Below, piece after piece: positions 26,173 to 35,538 of a DNA stretch of 59,823 bases. The stretch is from positions 1 through 59,823 of the IMG/VR virus record IMGVR_UViG_3300030095_004245; one strand, written 5' to 3'. The position numbers and the translations under genes are program-made. The stretch's first letter is position 1. Every line of letters begins with the position of its first letter. Source of the stretch: a virus. Its lineage: Duplodnaviria; Caudoviricetes. Below the pieces are notes generated by a model. That model saw only the letters and a list, made by a program, of their open reading frames with translations. It did not search any database and was not told where the DNA came from.

Positions 26173-28545
26173 ATGGCGACTTCAATTTACTTCGACGGCA
26201 GAACGACCTCAATTCCTGGGGCATACACTACGATAGATGCTTCGGGTCTTGATGCGGTGGGTGTAGGAGCTACAGGGATTGTGGCCTTAATTGGTACAGC
26301 TGAGGGTGGGCAACCTGTTATTGATGGCAACAACGTAGAGATGACTACGTCTGAGTTGATTCGATTAACTAACCCAGCCGCTGTCCTGAATACCTTTAAG
26401 TCGGGAGACTTACGCGAGGCAGGATCGATTGCCTTTAGTCCTTCAACGGATCCTGCTATTCCTGGTGGAGCCCAGCAGCTCATTTGCCTGAAGGTAAACA
26501 AAGCCAAGCCTTCAACGGCAACCTTATCAGATACCTTGGGCGGTACGGCACTCACTCTGACATCAAGAGACTACGGCGCTTTTACTGAACAACTTCAGGT
26601 AGACGTGGCTACAAGCGCATCAGCAGGTCTCAATGTCACAATCACGAATAATGCTACAGCGTCTACTGAGACTTATCTAAATCTAGGAGAAGTGACTTCC
26701 GGTTCTACCGACATGTTCACTCTTCGATATGACCCACCAGCAGCTGGAGCTGCAGGCTGGAACACAACCACCGCCGAGACACTCGCTACTGGTGTCAAGG
26801 TGAATGGTGGCCTTTCAGCGTTGTCGGGCTTAGACGGTGCTGTTACTCCTCAAGCACAGGGAACCATCGAAGCAGTATCTAGTGATGCAGGCGACACACA
26901 GACGATTATTGTCTATGGTCTTGATGCTTCTGGTAACGCCATCACAGAAACAATTACGCTAAACGGTACGTCTGCTGCTCAAGCAGCCTCTCCCCAGACT
27001 TTTGGGGCAGGCGATGTGCTTGGGATGTCAGCAAGCGCGAATACCACAGGCACAGTCACTATCCGATTGTCTGGTGGCGGCGCTACCATCCTCGTATCCG
27101 TGGGCGGTACATCAGTTGATGCGGCAGTTCAAAAGCGTTCAATGTTTGTAGGGAACGCTAAGCTCAGTCTTGTGGCTGACGGAGCGACCACTAAGGACGT
27201 ATTACTTTATGGTCTGAGTGCTTCTGGTGGTGCTCAAATTGAGAAGGTCACTCTTACTGGTGCTGTAGCTAAAGAAACCACGAACACATGGTCTCGAATT
27301 GATACGATTGTTCTCGGTGATTTAGAAGCAGGTAAAGCTGTAACCATAACTGGTACAGCAGCGCAGACAACATCAGCCCAAGCAACTCTGCAGCAAGTCA
27401 ATGATTACTTCAATGCTCGGCGCGTAGCAGGTGTTGCGAGTGCGGCATATGCATACTCTGGCTTCACGTTCACCTTGAGTACTACTCAAACAACTCTGAG
27501 TCCTACTCTATTGGATGTGACGAGTGCTTCACCCGGAGCACAGAGCATTCAAATTACTTCTCTAGGGTTTAGTGCAATTCTCAATGCAGTTGTCTCTACG
27601 CTCAATGCAAACTCTCCTACGGTCAAAGCTACTCGCGGGACAACGGGACTTCCTCCGGTTGTAGTGAATACGTTCTTGAGTGGTGGTGAAGAGGGGTCAG
27701 CTTCTTCTGCTGAATACACGGCGGCGTTAGAGCTACTGAAATCAATTGACGTAAGCACCATCGTTCCTCTCACAGGTGATCCTGCGATTCATAAGCTCGT
27801 CAACGATCATTGTGTTTACATGGCAGGACAAGGCAAGAGTGAACGAGACGGCGTTGTTGGTTTGGTTCATCTCACTGGGTCTAGTCCTACAGTGCCTTAT
27901 GCACCGCCTACGAAAACACAGATCAAAGATCAAGCTATTGCCCTGAACTCAAGACACTTGAGAGCATGTGGGCAGTCTGTATCAATGTTCAACACAGCAG
28001 GCACATTGACGGTCTTTCCTTCGTACTATCAAGCAGTACTTGTTGCAGCGATGCAGGCAGGCAGTCCGGTAGGCACTTCACTTACTCGCAAGACCATGAA
28101 CGCGGTCTCTATCTCAGAGGACTCTACATGGTCTCCGATGAACGACTCGAATGAGCTTATTGGATACGGACTGTGGTTCGCAGAGTCTCATCGAACTGGC
28201 ATACGATGCGTCCGTAACATTACGACCTACCTCACAAGTAACAATGTTGCCTTTGTTGAAGCCTCAGTAAACGAGGCAGCGAACTTTGCAGTGTTCAACT
28301 TCAGGAATGAGCTAGAGAAACTTGTAGGAAAGAAAGGCTTCTCTGGGACCGTGAATGCGGGACGAATTGGAGCAGCACAAATTCTCGACTTACTTGTTGA
28401 ACAAGGAACTCTGGTGCAATGGCGGTCTTTACAGTTAGAACTCAACGTAGATACGTTGGCGGTATCTGTCGAGATAGCTCCAGTAATACCAATCAATTTT
28501 GTCACTGCCACTGTGCATCTAGTGACATTGCCTATTTCAGGCTAG
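26173..28545 (+). CDS. Tail sheath protein with inserted duplicated domain
   Basis: IPGAYT.ID, ALIGTAEGG.P, SRDYG, LSGG.EG, LTRK, ITTY and PVIPINFV. Confidence 0.93.
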   Translation: MATSIYFDGRTTSIPGAYTTIDASGLDAVGVGATGIVALIGTAEGGQPVIDGNNVEMTTSELIRLTNPAAVLNTFKSGDLREAGSIAFSPSTDPAIPGGAQQLICLKVNKAKPSTATLSDTLGGTALTLTSRDYGAFTEQLQVDVATSASAGLNVTITNNATASTETYLNLGEVTSGSTDMFTLRYDPPAAGAAGWNTTTAETLATGVKVNGGLSALSGLDGAVTPQAQGTIEAVSSDAGDTQTIIVYGLDASGNAITETITLNGTSAAQAASPQTFGAGDVLGMSASANTTGTVTIRLSGGGATILVSVGGTSVDAAVQKRSMFVGNAKLSLVADGATTKDVLLYGLSASGGAQIEKVTLTGAVAKETTNTWSRIDTIVLGDLEAGKAVTITGTAAQTTSAQATLQQVNDYFNARRVAGVASAAYAYSGFTFTLSTTQTTLSPTLLDVTSASPGAQSIQITSLGFSAILNAVVSTLNANSPTVKATRGTTGLPPVVVNTFLSGGEEGSASSAEYTAALELLKSIDVSTIVPLTGDPAIHKLVNDHCVYMAGQGKSERDGVVGLVHLTGSSPTVPYAPPTKTQIKDQAIALNSRHLRACGQSVSMFNTAGTLTVFPSYYQAVLVAAMQAGSPVGTSLTRKTMNAVSISEDSTWSPMNDSNELIGYGLWFAESHRTGIRCVRNITTYLTSNNVAFVEASVNEAANFAVFNFRNELEKLVGKKGFSGTVNAGRIGAAQILDLLVEQGTLVQWRSLQLELNVDTLAVSVEIAPVIPINFVTATVHLVTLPISG

Positions 28546-28558
28546 AGGATATTAGATA

Positions 28559-29041
28559 ATGGCTGTTTCAAATCCACCCACCAAGGGAAGCGTTGTATCG
28601 GGCTCTCGGGTCAAGCTGTCGGTAAATGGTACTGACATTGGCTACGCAACGATATCTTCTTATGTAGAAACAATTACGTATGACCCTATTGCTGTGCTCG
28701 ACCAAATGGAAATAGCAGAGCATGTCCCTGTCGCGTATGATGTGGCCTTTACTGCCTCACGAGTATTCCTGATTACAGACACTCTTAAGAGCATGAGCCT
28801 CTTTCCTAAAGTAGATCCAGGCGCGAACTTCACAACGGCGCTCTTAAATAATCTTTTAGGCATCGGCACAGACGGAGAGATGACAGCGGCTATTGTTGAT
28901 AGTCAGACCGGTCAAACGATTGTCTCCCTACAAGGAGTCAAAATCACTTCCCACAACTTGACCTTCGGCGCGAGAGCTGTTGTAGGTGAAGACGTCGGCT
29001 TTGTTGCTCGACGAGTAAAGGATAGCTTAGCTGGAGAATAA
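28559..29041 (+). CDS. Tail tube protein
   Basis: Follows the sheath; VVSG.RVKL..NG..IG...EHVPV.Y...VGEDV.F. Confidence 0.85.
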   Translation: MAVSNPPTKGSVVSGSRVKLSVNGTDIGYATISSYVETITYDPIAVLDQMEIAEHVPVAYDVAFTASRVFLITDTLKSMSLFPKVDPGANFTTALLNNLLGIGTDGEMTAAIVDSQTGQTIVSLQGVKITSHNLTFGARAVVGEDVGFVARRVKDSLAGE

Positions 29042-29068
29042 CAGTTTACGCCTATCTTGGAGGGATGA

Positions 29069-29554
29069 ATGGCGAAGAAAAAAACACCATCAGTTGTAGT
29101 CCCAACTGATGAAATCAAACAATCCGTAACAGACTTGCTCTCGAAGCCTATCGAAGCATTAAAAGAGTCTGACCCTGAGCCAGAGCCCGGTGACGATCCT
29201 AAAGACTCCGAAGAATGGTCCTTTACGTTCGAGCACACGGACGTTCGTGGCAAGAAGTGGTCAGGACATTTCACCAATAAAATCCTTACCTTAGGTGAAC
29301 AGCAGCTTGTAACCAATACAAAGGCTCGTTTCTGCGGTGGAATGCCTCTGGAATCTATAGACAATGGGATGCTAGCGCTCAATGAGGCTATTGCACACAT
29401 GACTTTTTCACTGCAGGAGTTGCCTAGCTGGGCTGAAGACCTTCGTCAGCTGCACGATGCTGCCATTATATTTGCGCTGTGGGAGAAAGTGAGGTCCCAC
29501 GAAACCCGCTACTTTCGACTCGACGCGGGCACAAGCACTTCAAAAGAAAAGTGA
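29069..29554 (+). CDS. Tail assembly chaperone (short form)
   Basis: Lies between tube and tape measure; G.F..K....GE, P.W and YFR near the C-terminus. Confidence 0.8.
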   Translation: MAKKKTPSVVVPTDEIKQSVTDLLSKPIEALKESDPEPEPGDDPKDSEEWSFTFEHTDVRGKKWSGHFTNKILTLGEQQLVTNTKARFCGGMPLESIDNGMLALNEAIAHMTFSLQELPSWAEDLRQLHDAAIIFALWEKVRSHETRYFRLDAGTSTSKEK

Positions 29555-29864
29555 TGATGACATATCTGCACTTCGCAGATGGTGGTCAAACAAGTACAAT
29601 AGGCCGCAGAACGATCCAGAGTTATTGAAGTTAACTCCGGCCCTACTTTTATCTGACTTCTATTACGATCTGCATGATCGTCGTTCGGAAGTAAAACAGC
29701 AGATCAAGGCAGGTTCGGATGGCAGAGATAAACTGGAGGAGACACTGTCTGTGCTTGAAGATATACTAGAGATAAGAAGCTCATTAGGATCGTGGCAAGA
29801 CGAGGTAGAGACGGCGCTCAATGAAGGCCGTATGCCTGACTGGACTAAAGGAGCCTCAGACTAA
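29514..29864 (+). CDS. Tail assembly chaperone C-terminal extension reached by +1 frameshift
   Basis: The +1 frame is open 29493-29864 and encodes ...LRRWWSNKYNRPQNDPELL... upstream of any plausible start. Shift site TAC TTT CGA at 29510-29518. Confidence 0.7.
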   Translation, partial: FDSTRAQALQKKSDDDISALRRWWSNKYNRPQNDPELLKLTPALLLSDFYYDLHDRRSEVKQQIKAGSDGRDKLEETLSVLEDILEIRSSLGSWQDEVETALNEGRMPDWTKGASD

Positions 29865-32308
29865 TGGCGTCACAAGCAAAAGTTACCCTTCTCATTGAAA
29901 CCAAGTTTGAGAAGTTTCAGGAACTCAAGAAAGCTGGCAATGAACTACAAGAAGCTCTTGGCGTCGGCAAGATTGCTAAGGAATACGAGAAGCTCGATAA
30001 ATCTCTAGGTAGCATCCTCTCTAAAATAAAACAGATAAATCAGGCATCTGGAAAATCTGGACTCCTCGGCGGTGGTGGAGGCGGAACTATCACTGGGGCA
30101 CATGGTGCAAGAGGTGTTGGCGGCGCGGGTGTTGGTGGCGCGATCTACGGTCCACAACAATCCGCGTGGCAACAATATGCTCCAGGTAAAGCTACGGAAG
30201 CAGGCTTCGGTCAGATGCACACCGTTACAGCTACTGCGAAAGGACAGATTCGCGATCAGCTCCTGGAAGCTGAAGGACGAAGGCTAAGTAGAACTCAGCA
30301 AGCACAAAGAAACGCAGACCTGATGGCTACCTTCGGGAACGAAGTCTACCCCGGCTATCAAGATCGTCGTTATGCTGGCGCTAGCCCACTTCGCGATCCA
30401 TATGCCACACGTACCTCAGACTTACGACCAGCGTATGCTGGAGTAACTACCGCCAGGGCAGGTGTTGCAGGCGCAAATGTACAGCAGACTATAAATCAAC
30501 GTCAGCAAGCGGGCATCAAGTCTCAGATGGAAGAAGCCGCCCGACTTGGTCAGATGGAAGCTGCACACATGACGGAGTTTTTTGGTCCCTCTGGACCACC
30601 TGCCACCCAGAGAGCCGCTAGTGCCGCTGCTGCGCAATCAAGATTACAGATGCAGGTTGCGGGGGTCAGGGACGCGGGCGCGAGAGCCAATCCAATTATC
30701 GGAGGCGCGTTAGCTAGAGGGCTTCGTGCCGCTAGTCCAGAAGCTCGGGCAGCAGCGCTACGCTCATCGCAACTAGGCGTTGCGCGTAACGTGGGTGGGG
30801 TCGGTCTTTTTCTTGGAGGTGCCGCTTCTGCTGTCGGTGGCACGCTTATGGGCACTATGGGAGGCGCTGGCGGTGCAGGCCAAATGGGTGGTGCAATAGG
30901 CTCAGCCGGGCTTGGTCTTGCGGGTGGCGCTCTCGGCTTCATGCTAGGTGGTGGGCCTTTAGGTGCAATGGCAGGCGCTACTATGGGTTCTATGCTTGGC
31001 AATAGCATAGGAGGCACGTTCGGCGGCATTGGCGGTCAGGTTGCGCAATACGGTACAAAAGGGCTCCAGTTTCAAGAAGCTGCTGGGGGCCTTGCAGCTA
31101 TGGGCTTAGGGGCCGGAACACAGGGATCTTTAGGCGCAGGTACACGAGGTGCTACGTTAATGCTCCTCGGTCGAAGACAAGTCGGCAAAAGTCGAACGGT
31201 CGAGATGGCCGGAGAGTCACTGAAGGACGGTGCGCGGATAGAGAGACAGAAGACGATTCCTGGGAGGGTGACGAGAGATGGAGGACTAAGTCCATCTCTT
31301 GGATACTCAGTAGACCAGATAGCAGGAATGGCGGGTCAAATGTATGGAACAGCTATGATGGCTCCGCGTTCAGTGGCTCCTGAGTCTGGTCAAGGCAGAC
31401 GTGAGCTTATCTCGATGCAACAACTCCAGCGAGGGCTAGGTGTTGGAGCTGAGACTACAGGACAAATGCTTTTTGGTCTTAGGCGAAGTGGTGGCAGTGA
31501 GCTTCGTGGATTTTCGGAAGGCTTACTTACACCAGGTATGTCGTATGGTGAGCAGCGTGGCATGTTCCAACTTGCTGGACGTATGCTAGGGTCGGAGTTT
31601 GCACGCACAGGTATTTCGGGCCGAGCAACTATGCGTAATATAGACTCCTTTACTTCTCAGCGAGGACGTAGCGGCTTCAGGGCAATGCAGTTTGCTGAAG
31701 GTGCAGTAAACTACGGTAGAAACATAGCGCAACAAGGGCCACAATCACCGTATGACTTTGCGCTCGTCTCGGCCTTAGCAGATGGAGGCGGTGTTTCTCC
31801 CACTAAGCTGCTGGATATCTATAAAGGACTAGAGACAGGAAGCATTCTCAAACCAGGCAAGGAGGGAGGACATCGAGAGCAATTTATGAGCTATCTCAAG
31901 TCGGTTCGCGGTGCTGCCGGAGGCGATAAAGGTCTAGAGACTATCACCCTCAACAAGGCGTTACAGCCAATACTCCCTGGACTGGGCCTAAGCGCTACCG
32001 ATAAAGCTATGGGAATGATTGAGGAGGGAAAGAGCTTTGACGCGATACAGGGAGCGTTTGGAGATATTACTAGGGATAGTAATTTAGCAAATCTTTCTGG
32101 GGCAAATGTAACTAAGCAAATGCGTCGAGGTGCTAGCATTCGCAACGACATGATCACTTTGGGTACAGAAATGATGACAACGATGCAGGTATTTAAAGAA
32201 GCAGCGGAGATGCTTGCTAAAGCGATGAAGGACACCGCCCCGATTATGGCTGATATACATCGCACCGTGGCAGAGAACGCGGCGGGCATGTCAATGCAGA
32301 GAGAATAG
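29864..32308 (+). CDS. Tape measure protein
   Basis: 814 aa, Gly/Ala-rich with a hydrophobic Gly-zipper stretch; follows the chaperone pair. Confidence 0.8.
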   Translation: MASQAKVTLLIETKFEKFQELKKAGNELQEALGVGKIAKEYEKLDKSLGSILSKIKQINQASGKSGLLGGGGGGTITGAHGARGVGGAGVGGAIYGPQQSAWQQYAPGKATEAGFGQMHTVTATAKGQIRDQLLEAEGRRLSRTQQAQRNADLMATFGNEVYPGYQDRRYAGASPLRDPYATRTSDLRPAYAGVTTARAGVAGANVQQTINQRQQAGIKSQMEEAARLGQMEAAHMTEFFGPSGPPATQRAASAAAAQSRLQMQVAGVRDAGARANPIIGGALARGLRAASPEARAAALRSSQLGVARNVGGVGLFLGGAASAVGGTLMGTMGGAGGAGQMGGAIGSAGLGLAGGALGFMLGGGPLGAMAGATMGSMLGNSIGGTFGGIGGQVAQYGTKGLQFQEAAGGLAAMGLGAGTQGSLGAGTRGATLMLLGRRQVGKSRTVEMAGESLKDGARIERQKTIPGRVTRDGGLSPSLGYSVDQIAGMAGQMYGTAMMAPRSVAPESGQGRRELISMQQLQRGLGVGAETTGQMLFGLRRSGGSELRGFSEGLLTPGMSYGEQRGMFQLAGRMLGSEFARTGISGRATMRNIDSFTSQRGRSGFRAMQFAEGAVNYGRNIAQQGPQSPYDFALVSALADGGGVSPTKLLDIYKGLETGSILKPGKEGGHREQFMSYLKSVRGAAGGDKGLETITLNKALQPILPGLGLSATDKAMGMIEEGKSFDAIQGAFGDITRDSNLANLSGANVTKQMRRGASIRNDMITLGTEMMTTMQVFKEAAEMLAKAMKDTAPIMADIHRTVAENAAGMSMQRE

Positions 32309-34078
32309 ATGACAGAGAATAATGCCAATCGCTTTCGCGGCTCTGAGTTTGTTCAGATTGAAGTGGAGATTTATCCTACTCAATTCCTTGCTAGTGACGC
32401 TGAGCTTCAGTCGGTCGTTGACGCAAACAATGTTATTCGTATCTCATCTGAAAGATTCGCAGATGGTTCTATAGCAATAGCTGGCTTCAACTACACTCAT
32501 CAGATTAATACCGTAGCTTCAGGATGCTCTTTAGACATAAAAGCAAGAGGCACAGAAGGCACAGCGCTTCTAGAGGTCATACAGCCTAACTTCTGGATTG
32601 ATGTCACAGTGCAAAGACATCAAAAGAGATTCCATGTCTTTAGGGGGCGTATTTTATCAGCCTCTATTAGCTCTACGGCTGGCTCCATCGGCGGCGGTGC
32701 CACTACGCATAGCTTACAAGTGAACTGTCAGAGCTTCGGAGCAATACTTGCGCAGACTCAGGTGTATTATGACATCGTCAACGAGGGCACGGACTTGCCT
32801 CTCGCTTATCCCCGCATCCTCATCAGCGCCGATAACAATCAAAGCGTAGAAGACACTGCGCGATCTTTACTTAAAGGCTTCTTAGCTGCAGGGAAAGACG
32901 GGACAGGGAGATCGGTCTGGGAATTGCCAGAGTCACTTCCTGGTATCGAGAAAGGAGAGGCGCTTGGGGATCCTGACGAGTATAGTATAGCTCAAACAAA
33001 AGCGGCAGCGCTAAACGCCGTAACGGAAGCAGAGGTACTTGATCCTTCGTATTTCAAAGACGCCTTGCGGTTCTTTCCTTCTGACGAAGACAGAGCTATT
33101 GAAAACTACCCGGAGTCTGTAAACTCACAGTCTCTGAGCTGGTTGTCTCCCGCTAGGGGTGGTGAGAGTCTTTGGGCAATACTTCAACGATGGAACGATG
33201 GCCCGACTACTGATATGTATACAGACCTTGTCGGTAGTGACGGTAAGTACCTAGGAGAAGGGCAAGAGACTACACCTAAGGATACACGGATGAGCTTTAT
33301 TCTACGTGATAAGCCTTTCCCGACTACGACCAGACGCAGTGTAGATACAGGAGCAAAAGCTAGCCTATTTCCCAGCGAAGATGGGCATTCGCAGACCATA
33401 GATACGACGGGGCACTGGTTCGATGAAAAGATCGGGAAAGATGGTGGCGGCTATCTTCCAGTCTTCAACGTGCAGTGGAACGATATAAAAGAACGAAACG
33501 TAACTCGCACCGATGTTGCACGAAAGAACGCTTTCTTCAGTGCGCCTGTCCTTACGCAAAACCTCACAGGACTACTGATAGATTTGCAAACACCTTTATG
33601 GGACACAGACGACATACAAAAGAATGGTCTTCGCCCTGTATTTTACTCCTCGTCATACATGCTCGACATCAATCAAGTGGCGAAGCTCGCTAAGAGTGAT
33701 AAGGAATCTGCTAAGAACATCATTACACAGCTCGATGTCTTCAGGCGCAGGATGAGAGACTTCATGTGCTTAGGTCATCTATACTTGTCTGGGACAGTAA
33801 CTCTAGGTCATGGCCGTCCTGATATACGGGTCGGAGGTAAGCTGAAGATAAATGCCGTGGGCGATCAAAAGCCAACTGATTTTCAGGGTGACAACCTGGG
33901 AGGATACTTTCAAGAGATCTATCATATTGATGGTGTCTCTCACAGCTGGTCCCCTGTCCTTGGTATGCAAACGTCACTCATGGTCACACGCGGCATTCGA
34001 GGTAGTGATCAAAAACGAACCCAGTTGCTTAGCGAAAAGATCAAGAAGTTCCGCTTAGCAAAGAAGAAGGGGTCCTAG
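32309..34078 (+). CDS. Baseplate hub protein
   Basis: Position; C-terminal SGTVTL..GRPDIRVG...YHIDGVSHSW....T.L.VTRG. Confidence 0.7.
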   Translation: MTENNANRFRGSEFVQIEVEIYPTQFLASDAELQSVVDANNVIRISSERFADGSIAIAGFNYTHQINTVASGCSLDIKARGTEGTALLEVIQPNFWIDVTVQRHQKRFHVFRGRILSASISSTAGSIGGGATTHSLQVNCQSFGAILAQTQVYYDIVNEGTDLPLAYPRILISADNNQSVEDTARSLLKGFLAAGKDGTGRSVWELPESLPGIEKGEALGDPDEYSIAQTKAAALNAVTEAEVLDPSYFKDALRFFPSDEDRAIENYPESVNSQSLSWLSPARGGESLWAILQRWNDGPTTDMYTDLVGSDGKYLGEGQETTPKDTRMSFILRDKPFPTTTRRSVDTGAKASLFPSEDGHSQTIDTTGHWFDEKIGKDGGGYLPVFNVQWNDIKERNVTRTDVARKNAFFSAPVLTQNLTGLLIDLQTPLWDTDDIQKNGLRPVFYSSSYMLDINQVAKLAKSDKESAKNIITQLDVFRRRMRDFMCLGHLYLSGTVTLGHGRPDIRVGGKLKINAVGDQKPTDFQGDNLGGYFQEIYHIDGVSHSWSPVLGMQTSLMVTRGIRGSDQKRTQLLSEKIKKFRLAKKKGS

Positions 34079-34080
34079 CG

Positions 34081-35043
34081 ATGAGCAATGACTTTGCACC
34101 GAGGAGAAGATTCGATGGATCTATCTCTGATACTACGATGGACAATAGAACCGGAGGGGCGGGGCGTGTAGGCACATCCTTGCTTCGTGGGGTTGTTGTT
34201 CGTGTGAAGCCTTACAGTGAAGCACCTTCTCCTGTATTTCCTGGGGTCCTATGTGACGTATTCATCTACTCTACTTCGACTACTACGTGTGGACCTCTAG
34301 AGGATGTACTTGTTTCTTATCCTTATAGTGGACTGCAAGAAGGCGAGGTTGTTCTTCCACGAGGCTGTACTCGGCAGATGACAGAGGTCGCTAAGGGCAT
34401 CTTGGAAGGAAACCTAACCCCGGCGCAGCTTGATGGAGACCATGTACTGATTGGCTTCATCGACGGCGAGCTTAGCTTGCCCGTCATCGTCTCTTACTTA
34501 CCTCATCCAGATGCTGATGCTGGAAAAGCTGCGACCGATCCTATTGGGTATCGAACGCGACCACTAGAGACAGACGGAACTCCCGCGTTCCGTAAACATC
34601 AGGGCGTTTATACAGGTGTAGACACAGACGGTAACTACGAAGCAAATACAACTAAAGCACACAAAGGAGTTGAAGGTGTTCGCACTACAGCAGAAGGTGG
34701 TGGTTACACAGCTGACGGCGAAGAAGTATCGAGCACTGAGACTGTCGGAGGTGTAGCGACTTCAGGTAACTATACAGTCAAACTCAAACAAAACGCCAAG
34801 CTGCTCATCGAATTCGAGAGCGGGAGCAAGATTGAACTCACAGACAATGATGGAGCCCTAACCCTAAAGGTAGACTCGGTACAGATCGGTGATGGAGCAA
34901 CGGAAGCTGCTGTCCTAGGTGATGCGTTGAGCACCTGGCTAACGACAAACCTCACTGTCGGAACAGCGTTTGGTCCTAGTGGCCCATCAACTATCGGTCT
35001 GACGCCCCTGCAGTTGTCTTCTTCGGTGAAGATAAAGGATTAG
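34081..35043 (+). CDS. Baseplate central spike protein
   Basis: OB-fold-like GDHVLIGFIDG...PVI, beta repeats and C-terminal AVLGD.L...TAFGPSGP. Confidence 0.7.
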   Translation: MSNDFAPRRRFDGSISDTTMDNRTGGAGRVGTSLLRGVVVRVKPYSEAPSPVFPGVLCDVFIYSTSTTTCGPLEDVLVSYPYSGLQEGEVVLPRGCTRQMTEVAKGILEGNLTPAQLDGDHVLIGFIDGELSLPVIVSYLPHPDADAGKAATDPIGYRTRPLETDGTPAFRKHQGVYTGVDTDGNYEANTTKAHKGVEGVRTTAEGGGYTADGEEVSSTETVGGVATSGNYTVKLKQNAKLLIEFESGSKIELTDNDGALTLKVDSVQIGDGATEAAVLGDALSTWLTTNLTVGTAFGPSGPSTIGLTPLQLSSSVKIKD

Positions 35044-35047
35044 ATGG

Positions 35048-35524
35048 ATGCCATTACTACTGCCCACACTAAAAGCAGAGATACTTAAAATAACATCTCC
35101 AACACCTCCCGCCACTTTTCCCTCAAACAACGAGGAGGTAGCGACTGTCTGGTCTACTGCAATCGGAAACTACTTCAAAGAGGCTGCCAACCCTCCAGGA
35201 GCTGTAGCGACAACTATACTGGCTCAAGCCGCATTCAAGGCGGCTATGAAAGCTCAGCTAGACATCGCTACGACCACAGGCACCTTGACATTGGCGAAGA
35301 CAGCATTAGACCTAGGCTTACTAGCATTTGTAGCAGTCCCTGGTCTCAATGCGCCTCCCGCAGTTGTTCCTCCTGTCCTTCCTCCTACGACAGAAATATG
35401 GATGGCCGCGCAGATAGCTAGTCCAATCGGTGTGACAGCTGATGTAGCGGCTGGTACGTTAAGCACCGCAATGGATCTTTGGTTTAGGACCGGCACAACT
35501 GTTGGCGGAATTCCGTGGTCATAA
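35048..35524 (+). CDS. Baseplate/spike-associated protein
   Basis: Ala/Pro/Thr-rich 158 aa following the spike gene. Confidence 0.45.
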   Translation: MPLLLPTLKAEILKITSPTPPATFPSNNEEVATVWSTAIGNYFKEAANPPGAVATTILAQAAFKAAMKAQLDIATTTGTLTLAKTALDLGLLAFVAVPGLNAPPAVVPPVLPPTTEIWMAAQIASPIGVTADVAAGTLSTAMDLWFRTGTTVGGIPWS

Positions 35525-35538
35525 GGTAAGGTGGAGTT

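Noticed and set aside
29625-29864. Independent 79-aa gene starting at TTG 29625
   Set aside because: No SD, and conserved-looking residues lie upstream of this start; better explained by the +1 frameshift.
30550-31160. Gly/Ala-rich pseudo-repeats and the antisense Pro-rich ORF in the tape measure gene
   Set aside because: Low-complexity protein sequence without exact DNA repeats; the antisense ORF is a codon shadow.
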